Below, piece by piece: positions 1-10,804 of a DNA stretch of 64,000 nt (positions are counted from its first letter, which is position 1; the number at the start of each line of letters is the position of its first letter). The DNA is taken from the IMG/VR virus record IMGVR_UViG_3300011008_002750, positions 32,001 through 96,000 of that record; one strand, given 5' to 3'. The stretch comes from a virus (taxonomy: Duplodnaviria; Caudoviricetes). Position numbers and translations under genes: made by a program. Under the pieces are notes generated by a model. The model was given only the letters and a program-made list of their open reading frames with translations, searched no databases and had not been told where the DNA came from.

Positions 1-86
1 GCTATCCATCTTTCTAATTTTTCAAAATTAGCAAATATATAACCATTCACATAGTTTTCCCATCTTTCTGTTTTATTTCTTACCAT
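1..86 (-). CDS. hypothetical protein, 5' part (runs off window)
   Basis: ATG at 86 overlaps the upstream TAA (TAATG); open frame MVRNKTERWENYVNGYIFANF... Confidence 0.5.
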   Translation of the reverse strand, partial: MVRNKTERWENYVNGYIFANFEKLERWI

Positions 87-439
87 TATTTTCTTTTAAA
101 TATATTTTTTATTTTATCAAATAACGATTTTTTAGATTCTTCTTTAAGAAGTTTTTTGATCTCTATAAAATCTAAGTTTTCTGTATAATATGTTGGAATG
201 TTTTTAGATTTATCTTCAATAATAACAGTTAATGTTGCATACCATACACCATTGTGCCTATTATTGTCAAATTTAAATGGCAATTCATTAGCTTCTTCTG
301 ATGGAAGAGATTTCTTTGCAATTTTGTCATTTAAGTATGCGTATGATTTAATAGCAATAACTTCACCAATTTTATTATTGGTAGTTAAAACCATATCACC
401 AATTTTAATATCCTAAAAACTAATTTTTGTTTTTGACAT
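86..439 (-). CDS. hypothetical protein (1 TAG=Gln)
   Basis: ORF 86..394 extends through TAG to ATG at 439 (MSKTKISFQDIKIGDMVL). Confidence 0.7.
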
Positions 440-759
440 TATACAAAATCTTCTTTTATTATTTATTTTTAGAGTTTAAATCTTTTTATCAATATTTTTA
501 AATATAGTTGCAAGCATTTTTTCAAGAGAAGCAGTATTTAATAGATCTACATTTGGTTTATTAACATAACTAAATTCGCTATTTACTATCAAATCTTCAC
601 TATATTCTAATTCACCATATATGCGTAAATTTAATTTTTTACTCTATCATTACATCAACCTAAATTTGGAATTGTTATATTATAACCATTTTCAATAACA
701 TAAGCAATCATTTTTATGAATTAATTTGAATTATTTTTATATTTATTTTTATTAGCTAA

Positions 760-787
760 AAACTATTATCTTAATCTATTTTATAAT
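760..787 (+). promoter_or_regulatory. putative phage middle promoter AAAC-N18-TATAAT
   Basis: Same spaced motif recurs upstream of about 10 genes in the window. Confidence 0.55.
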
Positions 788-814
788 AAATAGAAAAACT
801 AAACAAGGTTGTTT

Positions 815-1981
815 ATGAAAACTAATAAAACGATTTTATGTCTTGATTGGAGTAATATCCTTTTTAGATCATTATTCATAAATCAACTATATGGCACTAA
901 AATGACATATGACAATATTGAAGATTGTCAATCATTCATTTATAAATTTGCCACAGATGTTTGTTCAATTATTAATATTTTTAAACCAAATAACGTGATT
1001 TTGTTGACAGATTCTCAGCATGCATGGCGTAAGGATGTTTTGCCTGGAGAGGACGGATACAAATCAAACCGTCAAAAACAAGAAGGGGTTAATTGGGATA
1101 ATATTTTTAAATGTTCAGATGATCTGAAGCAACTTTTCAAAAATATAGGTTGTCATGTAGCTGAATATGAGCACAGCGAAGCAGATGATATGGCAGCTTT
1201 ATGTAAAGAAGTGATATTTGAAAAATATCATGACTATAATTTAATTATTGTTTCTGCTGATGCAGATTTGCGCCAATTGATTGATTTTGATCCATTGACA
1301 AATCAATATTGTGCAGTTTACAATACAATAGTTAAAGGTAAAACAGGTAAAAGATTCCTTTATATTACTCAAGAAATGCAAGATTGGCTTGGCAAAGAAG
1401 ATCAAGTTGATATTTTCTTCAGTAATGTAGATGAATCAAAGCAATATATTAAAGATATTATTACACAAAATGTTAAAATTGGAATTGAAATAGAAAATCC
1501 AAATGAAGTTCTTCTTCATAAGATTTTCTGTGGAGATGATGGTGATTGTGTCCCAAGTTTCTATAGTTGGATCCATAATGGCAAATCTGTCAGAATAACT
1601 CCGGCTAAAGAAAGAAAAATTCGTGAAACTCTTGGAATCAAAACTATTGCAGATTTGATTCAAGCAAAGGATAATTTGAAACCGTTAATTGAATCAGTTG
1701 CTAAAAAAGATGTTAATGATATTAATATTAATGAGAGACTACAACGTCAACGCACTTTAGTAGAATTAAATTCAAGTTTGTTCCCTAAAGATATTCAATC
1801 ATATAAAGATACTATTGATTATATGATTCAATCTACAGGAGAATCTATATTTGCTAATATGAAAGCTGCAAATATTCTTAAAGGAACTGAATATGAAAAT
1901 TCTAATAAACCCAAAGCTTTGACTGCAAGTGTATTCAAAGATATGGAAAAATATGGATTGACACCTATTCCAATTTTCTAA
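815..1981 (+). CDS. rnh: T4-like RNase H / 5'-3' flap exonuclease
   Basis: LDWSN, WRK..YKSNR, EADD, SADADLRQL, GDDGDCVP motifs of the FEN/T4 RNase H family; no TAG. Confidence 0.85.
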   Translation: MKTNKTILCLDWSNILFRSLFINQLYGTKMTYDNIEDCQSFIYKFATDVCSIINIFKPNNVILLTDSQHAWRKDVLPGEDGYKSNRQKQEGVNWDNIFKCSDDLKQLFKNIGCHVAEYEHSEADDMAALCKEVIFEKYHDYNLIIVSADADLRQLIDFDPLTNQYCAVYNTIVKGKTGKRFLYITQEMQDWLGKEDQVDIFFSNVDESKQYIKDIITQNVKIGIEIENPNEVLLHKIFCGDDGDCVPSFYSWIHNGKSVRITPAKERKIRETLGIKTIADLIQAKDNLKPLIESVAKKDVNDININERLQRQRTLVELNSSLFPKDIQSYKDTIDYMIQSTGESIFANMKAANILKGTEYENSNKPKALTASVFKDMEKYGLTPIPIF

Positions 1982-2026
1982 TTTTATAAAAATGAGTAAT
2001 AAATAACAAAAATAATTAATTGAATT

Positions 2027-3097
2027 ATGAGTAATAAAAATAATTTTGATGAATCTGAATTAGCAGCTTATGCACAATCTGTTGAAGGCGTATAGACTCC
2101 GGAAATGACAATGCCAGCTGAAGATGCTCCAAAAGTAGAAGAGAAAAAAGAAGAAAAGAAACCTACTGTTGAACAGCAACGCGATTTAGTTGGTATGCAA
2201 ATGAAAGCACAAGCTAAAACTGCAACTGAAGCACATGCTGAACGCGAAGAAGAAATTCGTAAAGAATCAGAAGAACGTGGTATTGGTAATGCAGTTGTTC
2301 CAGTTGAATCTCTTCCTTCTAAAGGTTTATTCTATCCAGTTGGAACTCGTATTTATATTCGTTCTGCATCTCTTGGTGATATTAAACGTTGGAGTGCAAT
2401 GAATGAGGACGACGTTCAAGATGTTATGGAAAAAATGGAAGCAATTTTTGAAAGTTGCTGCGTAGTTAATTTTGGTCCAGACAGTATGAAGCGTGCAAGA
2501 TATAAAGATATTCTTGATTTAGATCGTCTTTATATTCTATTTGCAATTCATGATTGGACATTCCCATCTGGCAAAAATGATGTCAAACTTAAGATTACTG
2601 AAAAAGATGACATTGTTATGAAGAAAGAAAACGTTAAATTTATAGAGTTCCCAGAGAAATTGATGAAATTCTATAATGAGCAAAAACGTTGTTTCTCATT
2701 CCCAGTAGACAAAACATCTCTTTTCAAAGATACTGATGGAAAAATGGATATTTATATGCCAACAATCGGAGTTAGTGATTGGTTGAAAGATTATATGATT
2801 GCTGCTAATCAGCGTCGTGATAATATTGATCAAGATTTCTTATCATATGCATCATTATTGATTCCTGATTGGAGAAATCTCAATGTTGATTATTATTATG
2901 ATTTAGTTGAGAAAACTTCAGATTGGGGCACATATGAATGGACATTGATTTCTAAAGTTCGTGATATTATTGTTAATGCAGCTGGAAATCCAACTATAAC
3001 ATATATCGATAATGGAGGCGCTGAACGAGAGGTTCCGCTTTACTTTCGCAACGGACTCAAATCACTCTTCCAAGTAGAACTCAAGATCGACCTTTGA
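2027..3097 (+). CDS. baseplate hub/tail assembly protein, T4 gp26-like
   Basis: LPSKGLFYP..IYIR and DRLYILF motifs; ATG 2027 with one TAG at codon 23; ends CTT-TGA. Confidence 0.65.
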
Positions 3098-3098
3098 T

Positions 3099-3542
3099 TT
3101 GCCTGAAAAAACTAATAATGAGCTATTTAAAGAAATTTTTGAGGAAGTTAAATTATATTCAACAACATATAGTGTTCTAAAAGGATTTGGAATTAATTAT
3201 AATTCAACTGGTTATGAAAAATCTTTAATTAGAAGTGCTGCTGAAATCTTGAATCCATGTACAGGATTCAACCATACCCTCAAACAATTATTAAATATGT
3301 ATTATTATTTAGTAAAAGAAGCCCATTTTTCAATATCTGATTTAGATAAATGCGATTGGTTCTTTGCTTATAATCTTTATGAGATGTTTGCTGAAGAAGT
3401 TGAAAAGAAAAACAAACAGCAAGAAGAGGAGAACAAACGTCAAGAACAAGAAATGGCTAATTATCAACAAATGCAAGATTACCAATCTAGGATGATGGGA
3501 AATATGAGTCAAGGAATGCCACAAATGCCATCATTTAATTAA
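3099..3542 (+). CDS. gp51-like hub assembly catalyst region; possibly made as a +1 frameshift extension of the gp26-like ORF
   Basis: YYYLVKEAHFSISDLDKCDWF..YNLY..EVEKKNKQQ resembles gp51; +1 frame relative to upstream ORF; start uncertain (TTG 3099, ATG 3012 or ATG 3297). Confidence 0.55.
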   Translation: MPEKTNNELFKEIFEEVKLYSTTYSVLKGFGINYNSTGYEKSLIRSAAEILNPCTGFNHTLKQLLNMYYYLVKEAHFSISDLDKCDWFFAYNLYEMFAEEVEKKNKQQEEENKRQEQEMANYQQMQDYQSRMMGNMSQGMPQMPSFN

Positions 3543-3545
3543 AAT

Positions 3546-3575
3546 AAAGAGCACTAAGAAATTGGTGCTCTTTTT
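3546..3575 (+). terminator. intrinsic terminator
   Basis: AAAGAGCAC...GTGCTCTTTTT hairpin with T tract. Confidence 0.75.
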
Positions 3576-3640
3576 CACATAAAAACTTTTATATTTTATA
3601 ATTATAAAATAATTAAAGACAAAAATAATAATTAACAAAA

Positions 3641-4066
3641 ATGAGTAAAGAAAAAGAACAAGAAGTAAAAGCTGAAGATCTCAATCTTGAATTGCCATCT
3701 AGTATTTTAACTAAGGAATTTGAAGATGATGACAGTGATATGCCACTTCCAGAGACAGCTGAGTATAAAGATCCAAAACAAGCAGATGATGACAGAGTAT
3801 TATTGCCTACACCTAAATTTTATACATTATTTAATGAATGTCTAGGAAAAATGCCATATGCGTCTGTTTTAAAGAATTCAAACAATGATCAAATTAAATT
3901 AGTTGATTTGATTAAATTTGTAGAAGTAAAAGCAGGTGGATTGACAGTTAAAGAAATGAATACTATTATTTCATTTGTAGCTGGATGTCCATTAGAATTT
4001 GTAAGGCCATTTATGGAAATTGTAGAATCTGCTGAACGTCAAAAAGAGCTTTGGGTTTTGAAGTAA
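3641..4066 (+). CDS. hypothetical protein
   Basis: 141-aa ORF with acidic N-terminus; AAAC-N18-TAAAAT upstream. Confidence 0.75.
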   Translation: MSKEKEQEVKAEDLNLELPSSILTKEFEDDDSDMPLPETAEYKDPKQADDDRVLLPTPKFYTLFNECLGKMPYASVLKNSNNDQIKLVDLIKFVEVKAGGLTVKEMNTIISFVAGCPLEFVRPFMEIVESAERQKELWVLK

Positions 4067-4080
4067 AAATAAAGGAGGAA

Positions 4081-5523
4081 TTTTTAATATTTTATATATA
4101 ATTATAATGTACTTTTATTTAAGTTTTAAAATTTAAATTATTTCAAAAATTTCTGGAATAAATATAAAAAGAAAATATTTTTTAAGAGTTGAGAGGCTTA
4201 AAAACTATTTTAGAATTATAGTTTATAAATTATAAAGCATTTTAATGTTTTATTATTCAGCCTCTCAATTTAAGAATAATAATCATTTTAATGCTTTTAT
4301 TTTATTTATATGAAATTAGTTGAACAACATATAATTAAATCTAATAATGTCCTTTATAAAGAACTTGATAATCTTTGTTTTCTTTCAAAGAATTTATATA
4401 ATCAAGCTCTCTATAGAATTCGTCAATAGTTTTTTAAAGATAAAACATTCAAAAATTATTATGATTTGAATAGAGAACTTCATGATGAAAACTAGATTGA
4501 TTATAGATCACTACCAGCAAACACTTCTCAAGAAACATTAAAATTAGTCAACTAGAATTATAGTTCATTTTTCAAAAGTTTATAGAAACAAATTAACGGA
4601 GTTAAAATTCCAGGTTATCTAGACAAAACTAAAGGAAGACAGATAGTTGTTTATAATTATTCAACAATATATGGCAATAAAGAATCTGGAATTATAAAAC
4701 TTCCTAAATCAAATATACAATTTAGAACAAAATAGAAGAGCAACTATTAAAGAACTATTAAAAGACAACAAAAGATATATGTCTATTGATTTAGGAATAG
4801 ATAACCTGGCCAGCTGTTCTTCAAATGTTTCTAAATCATTTATAATCAATGGAAAACCTGTTAAATCTATTAACTAGTTTTATAATAAAAAGAAAGCAAG
4901 TCTTCAATCTGAATTAAAAATTAAAAATAAGAAAAAATTAAGTAAGCAACTATAGAATTTAACTTTAAAAAGAAACAATAAAATTAAAGATTATTTTCAT
5001 AAAGCTTCCAGATATATTGTTAATCAATTAGTTAACCAATCTATCAATACTTTAATTATAGGAAAGAATGATGGATGGAAACAAGAAACAAATATCGGAA
5101 ATGTCAATAATCAAAATTTTGTTAATATTCCTCATCAAATGTTTATAAACTAGTTGAAATATAAATGCTAGTTAGAAGGAATAAATGTTATTGAACAAGA
5201 AGAAAGCTACACTAGCAAAGTTAGTTTCTTTGATAATGATTTTATTCCAACATATCAAGTTAATGATAAACTATTTAAATCTTCAGGAAAAAGAATCAAA
5301 AGAGGTTTATATAAAACTACTAAAGGATAGTTAATAAATGCTGATATAAATGGTTCATTAAACATAATGAGGAAACATTTAAATGAAGTTTGTGATGAGA
5401 TTATATCTCCAGCAAATAGAGGGTTAGTGATGAACCCTGTTAAAATTTAGTTTTAATAAATAAAAACAAAAAGTGTAAATAATTTATACACTATTTACAC
5501 TTTTATATTGTTTTTAATATCAT
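4081..5523 (+). mobile_element. IS200/IS605-family (IS1341-like, tnpB-only) element, copy 1; left end apparently lost, left boundary approximate
   Basis: Highly similar to 12740..14235; right-end hairpin AAAAGTGTAAATA/TATTTACACTTTT; homology ends at TCAT (5520-5523); no tnpA. Confidence 0.8.
4310..5456 (+). pseudogene. tnpB: TnpB RNA-guided nuclease with frameshifting deletion near 4740
   Basis: With TAG=Q: MKLVEQH..SKNLYNQA, SIDLG, IIGKNDGWKQ, QEESYTSK, NADINGSLNI; N-part stops at TAA 4748, C-part is in the +1 frame. Confidence 0.85.
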
Positions 5524-5540
5524 GAGAATATCATATATTT
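5400..5540 (+). ncRNA. probable omegaRNA (tnpB 3' end, right end and flanking guide); limits approximate
   Basis: AGGGTT/AACCCT hairpin and right-end hairpin conserved in both copies; position follows known TnpB architecture. Confidence 0.5.
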
Positions 5541-7229
5541 AATTCTGATTGGATCTGGATTTGGATTATAAACCACTAAGCTGGTTGGCAAATTCAAATC
5601 ATGAGATTGCGGATCATCATCTTTTCCAATAATCATATATGCTTCACCAACTTTATTCCATAAACCGTTTTCATGAACCCATTGCAAATATCTGAACAAA
5701 CCTATAATATTCTTTTTTCTAGAATAATAATTTTGTCCCATATATGTTAAATCATCATCAACATCTTTGTCTGGACGATATGGATCCATATAATCGGTAT
5801 CAATATCATTAACCATATGTTGAATTGGATTTTCTGGTTGTCTTCCATCATCCCAACCATCTGTTAATGAGCTAACAGAATTTTCCAAACCGAGAGAACC
5901 AAATTCCGGATGCAAATGTCTAAAATCTTCTTCCTCTTTAACTAAAGTTGCATTAGACAAAACTCCATAAATTTTTGGAAGGAATTGATGTTCTTTAGTA
6001 GGCCTATATAATTTAACTTTTGATTTGATATGATTGATCCAAAGAGAGGCATATTCATAATCATCAGTTTTGGTTGGCCAATCTGGAATAAGAACAATTC
6101 CTCTAAATGCACCATTTGGATATTTCATTAATGGAATTCTTTTATGTCTGTCTTCTCTTAACCAATAAAAATCTCTATAATATGCATTTAATTCATTTAT
6201 GCGAGTTTTAATATCATTAATTATATTATATAATGCTTCTAAAGCAGCATCATCTAAATACAAATTAATTATATCATCATCATAAACTGTATTCTTAGCA
6301 GCAATATTATATTTAACTAACCACTCTTCATCCCCTGTTCGCTCATATTCTTTAAAATAAATAATCATTTTTTCAAATGAATCAAGATCTTTAACAGCAA
6401 CAATATAATTATGTAATAACCAAGTATATAAATCACAATCAACTTCATAAGTATCTGGATCATATTGACCTTCAACAATATTATTGATTCCATCATTATC
6501 ATCATCTTCATTAGTTTGATCTAATTGCATCGGATGATATTTTTCAATTAAATCATACATAAATTGCTTTAATTGCTTAATGCCTTTCTTAAATGGAGAA
6601 TCTGGAAAATCTTCAGATTGGAATTTAACTGTTACTTTCAAGTTATTGATATAATAGAAATAACCTTCTTTTTGAGATAAGAAAACTAAATATTCATAAG
6701 TATGACCATCTATTTCATCAACTTCATCTTGAACAGATGCAGAAACTAAAATATTGTATTTTTTAAATGCATCATTAATTTCTTTAACAAATGAAGTTTG
6801 TCCATCTGCCGCAGTATGAATATGAAAACGCTTTGGTGCAAAATTATTGTAAATCACATCAAAATCGCAATCAATATATTTTTCATATCCTTCTGTATCT
6901 TTTAATTGTTTCGGAATAACATAATAATATGATGCAGCTGACAACCCAAATTCTTGTCCTTGGAGAACGGTTGCTGAATGAGGCTGGAGAATTCTGGTTT
7001 CTGTAGTATATTGAGTAATTCCACTTGCATGAATCTGTGATAAATCTATATTAGATAATGAATTGCCATTAGAATCTGTTATAGTTCCAGCAGAACCACC
7101 AGATACACTGCCTATAATATCAAATGATGTATCATTTTCATCAATAGCTGAATTACATGTATATCCAGAATTGACTACATTGTTTGATGTTGAATATAAT
7201 TTATAAAATAAATTTTTATTTGATGCCAT
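5520..7229 (-). CDS. hypothetical (likely virion) protein
   Basis: 569-aa ORF; ATAAATA upstream; its TGA stop is supplied by the IS right end. Confidence 0.8.
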   Translation of the reverse strand: MASNKNLFYKLYSTSNNVVNSGYTCNSAIDENDTSFDIIGSVSGGSAGTITDSNGNSLSNIDLSQIHASGITQYTTETRILQPHSATVLQGQEFGLSAASYYYVIPKQLKDTEGYEKYIDCDFDVIYNNFAPKRFHIHTAADGQTSFVKEINDAFKKYNILVSASVQDEVDEIDGHTYEYLVFLSQKEGYFYYINNLKVTVKFQSEDFPDSPFKKGIKQLKQFMYDLIEKYHPMQLDQTNEDDDNDGINNIVEGQYDPDTYEVDCDLYTWLLHNYIVAVKDLDSFEKMIIYFKEYERTGDEEWLVKYNIAAKNTVYDDDIINLYLDDAALEALYNIINDIKTRINELNAYYRDFYWLREDRHKRIPLMKYPNGAFRGIVLIPDWPTKTDDYEYASLWINHIKSKVKLYRPTKEHQFLPKIYGVLSNATLVKEEEDFRHLHPEFGSLGLENSVSSLTDGWDDGRQPENPIQHMVNDIDTDYMDPYRPDKDVDDDLTYMGQNYYSRKKNIIGLFRYLQWVHENGLWNKVGEAYMIIGKDDDPQSHDLNLPTSLVVYNPNPDPIRIKYMIFS

Positions 7230-7271
7230 AATATTTCTATTTAATTATATACTTTTATTATTTATTGAATA

Positions 7272-10200
7272 TTAGCCATTACGAATTTCTCCAAATATTT
7301 TTTCAGGACTATCGCTAAATTGAACAGTAAGATCTTTATGAGATTCTGACCAAGCAGTAAGAGCAGCAGAAACTGCATTTCCAATAATAGCTGCAAGTTC
7401 TTCTCTATCTTGTTTCTTTTGTTCCTCTTCGCGCTTCTATTCTTCTTCACGTTTATTTTTAGTAAGTGCGTCTTTAACAATATTTCCCATTTTTTCAGCA
7501 CCTTCTACAGCAGCATTAACGCCTTTAGAAATAATATTTCCAGATGTAACAGATTTCATCTAATCATATAAACGTGTTAATCTCATTGATTCTTTCATTG
7601 CACTATTCAATTGATTTACTCCAGCTGCCATATCTTTAAAATTAGATGCAACTGATTGAATTGCTTTAGTTCTTTGTTCTTCTTTAGCAATTAATTCAGC
7701 ATCTAATTGTTTCATTGCAGCAGCTAAATCAACAATTTGTTTTGGCGTGGCTGATAAAAATGGTTTAATATGATTAATACCATCTGCTGTATTTTTCATT
7801 GCCTCTTTAAATACGGCAGAATTTGATTTTGCTGTCCTAAAATTAGTAACATTTAAATATTTTACTATTTCATTTAACCCGTTTGTTAAATTTAATGTAT
7901 TTCCAACAAATTCCGGTAAAAACATTTCCTTTTTAATAATATTTAAATATTTAACACCATCACAAAAATCTTCTAATGTATCCTTAAATTTATCGGCATT
8001 CCAATCTGCTTCTGCTATTGCTTTAGAATGACCGAGGAAATTAAGAATAATATTTAAACCGTTAATTAAATTATTTACATTATTGTCTTTATTAAATACA
8101 ATTTTTTGTAATATATCGATATCTCTAATACCATCAATAAAATCTACCATTGTATCCTTAAATTTATCGGCATTCCAATCTGCTTCTGCTATTGCTTTAG
8201 AATGACCGAGGAAATTAATAATATCAGTTAAAATTGATACGACCGTACTAGCAGCACCCTTTAATTTTGTTTCGTCTATATCTATAACTTTATCTCCGAC
8301 TTGTATTTTTCCAGCAGCTATTTGAATGATATGGCCAAATGCTGCACCAATACCCTATAAAACGGATCCAAGTTCTTCTCCAACAATTGCTAGAATTCCA
8401 GTAGATATAATACCTAATCCTTTTAATCCAGTTCCAAGTTCAGTTAAAAATGTTGAAAATGCACTAGATAAATTAATTGCAGCTTTTTTAAAATCATTTT
8501 CAGGATCTAATTTACGATAACTAATTGGATTTCCATCTTTATCCCATTTATCTGGAACATTCAAAGATGCCATTTTTTGAATAACATCAACAAAATCAGA
8601 TAATGCTCTAATTACATTACCAATACCTCCACTTCTCTTTTTATTTCTTGGAAATAATGTCTTTAAAATTTTCTTAGTACCATCTAAATTTGTTAACGTG
8701 TCAAGGCCTGATGTTAAATTATTAATAAATGTTGTAAATGCAGTAGTAAGGTTGGTAGCAGCGGCAACAAACTCGGTTTCTTTCATTTTACGATAAATAG
8801 GTTTTCCATTTTCATCGTAATGATCTAAAATTTCCATTTTTGCCATTTTTTGAATAACATCAACAAACATACTTAATGCTTCCATTACTGGTTTTAATGC
8901 TTTACCTATGCGTTTAACGTTTTTAGCTTGTTCCTTATTAAATTTCATTAAATTTACAATAATGGTTTTAAGACACCCAAGCATGCTTTTATTTCCTTCA
9001 CCTGGATCAACTAGTTTTTTAACAGCATCATTAATTGCAGTTTGATCTAATTGATTAACTTTATTAAGCAATTCTACAAATAATAACATTGCTCCAGATA
9101 TACTAGCAATTGCAATTGCAATAGATTCTATAGCAGCGAATCCATACCAAAATATTAATGCCTATGGACCTGATAAAAATGCGCCTAATGCAAATATTTC
9201 GGCTACTACACCCATAATCATTGCACCCATCATTACTGTTCCTTTTATTATGCCTTTTAAAGAAATTCCGTCCATCTTCTTTAAATAATCTGCAAATAAA
9301 TTCATTGCAAAAGATAATCCAATAATAGCTAAAACTATTGCACCAACACCTAAAATACCTTTAATTGCATTCTTCTAAAAACTATCACGACTAAGAACCC
9401 ATATCATAGCTATTGCAAATGCAACAATAGTGGCTAACATAATTATACCTTGGATCATATCAGTCCATTTAGTTTTTTTGGCAGTTCTTGTAACTATAAC
9501 AAGAGCCAATGTCATTCCTAAAATTAATAATACAACTTTTCCTAATGATTGTAATCCATCTAAAGATTCTTTTTCAAATTTTTTGCTTCCAAGAACTAAT
9601 ATTGTTAAAATTGCAAATGTCATTACTGCGGTTAACATCATTATTCCTTGCACCATATCAGTCCATTTAGTTTTTTTAGCAACATATATTAACAATGCAA
9701 GAGATAATGTTAATCCTCCAATTAATAATATAATATCTTTTGTTCCTTTTAATCCTTCATTTGCTTCACGTTTAAACCACTTAGAACCGAGCAGTTTTAT
9801 AATTCCAAGTGCAAATATAACAACGCCTAATAATAATCCTGCTCCCCCAGCAAGATCTTTTAAATCATTTGTTTTCCATAATATCACTAATGCAATTAAA
9901 CATAATGATAAGGTTCCAACTAATGTTGCTACAGATAATGCAACTTTAGCTGCTGCTTTTGCTTTTTCCACTCCATTTCTTCCGCCGGCTAATTTATCTA
10001 TTAATTCTTTAAAGAATCCACCAATAGCTGCTCCGATTTTTGGACCAAGAAATACGCCCATCATCCATAATTGCATAATCTATTTTTCTTTGATTTGCAA
10101 TAAAGCTGCCATCATCAATCCAAAATTAACTAAGCGTTCTTTAAATGTTTTGCTTTGAACCTATCTATTAGGAGGAACCTAATTAATAATATCTACCATT

Positions 10201-10679
10201 TCCTTAACAAATGCCCCAACCATACCTTTAGCTAAAATTCCATAAAATCTTCCTAATCGTTTACCAAGAATCCAGGCCTTTATTGGATTCAATGATAAAA
10301 TAGATTTTATAAATTTTTCAGACATTCCAGAAATAACATTATGAATTTGTACAAAAGCTGATACCATATTACTTACACCTGCTAGCGTATCTTTATCCAT
10401 TTTGAATGAACTTATAGCTGTTGCAAGTTTTTCAATACCTTTAGCAACAGTATCATATTGTTTTTCAGAAATTTTAGCTAATTTAGGAACAGCAGAAGAT
10501 ATAACACTAAGTGCATCACCTAATGTTTTAACAGAAACATCTTTTGCATTAACTACGCCTGCACCTTTAGGAGCATTAGATTCCCCGACTGCTTTATTTC
10601 TCTTTTTAGTTTCACCTAATGTCTAATCTAATAACAAAAGAATTTCTTCTAATAATTCTGTCTAAGTTTTCTTTGCCAT
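7272..10679 (-). CDS. tape-measure-like protein, 1135 aa
   Basis: Single frame joined across TAGs; Ala/Gly/Leu-rich helical repeats and a multi-TM hydrophobic block (about 9100-10080). Confidence 0.7.
7977..8218. repeat. 68-bp exact direct repeat (7977-8044 and 8151-8218), period 174 nt
   Basis: Encodes NFLGHSKAIAEADWNADKFKDT twice. Confidence 0.9.
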
Positions 10680-10804
10680 ATATTAATTAAAGCACATTAA
10701 ACCTTTTATTATTTATTTTGTATTTTAGATAACTGCCAAAAATAAAAAGTGCCTTAGAAATATTGATTCTAAGACACTTTATTATTTCAACTATTATTTT
10801 ATTA

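Noticed and set aside
470-712. Possible minus-strand gene behind a late-type promoter
   Set aside because: The ATG frame stops at TGA after 18 codons and the plausible tail is in another frame; possibly a remnant but not supportable.
4310-5456. Programmed frameshift in tnpB
   Set aside because: The two copies lack different sequence blocks at the junction, which indicates deletions rather than a conserved slippery site.
7262-7501. 79-aa minus-strand ORF
   Set aside because: Alternative frame overlapping the C-terminus of the tape-measure-like gene.
9430-10158. 242-aa plus-strand ORF, and similar ORFs at 51806, 44607, 60277, 37017 and 26794
   Set aside because: Antisense shadows of well-supported genes.
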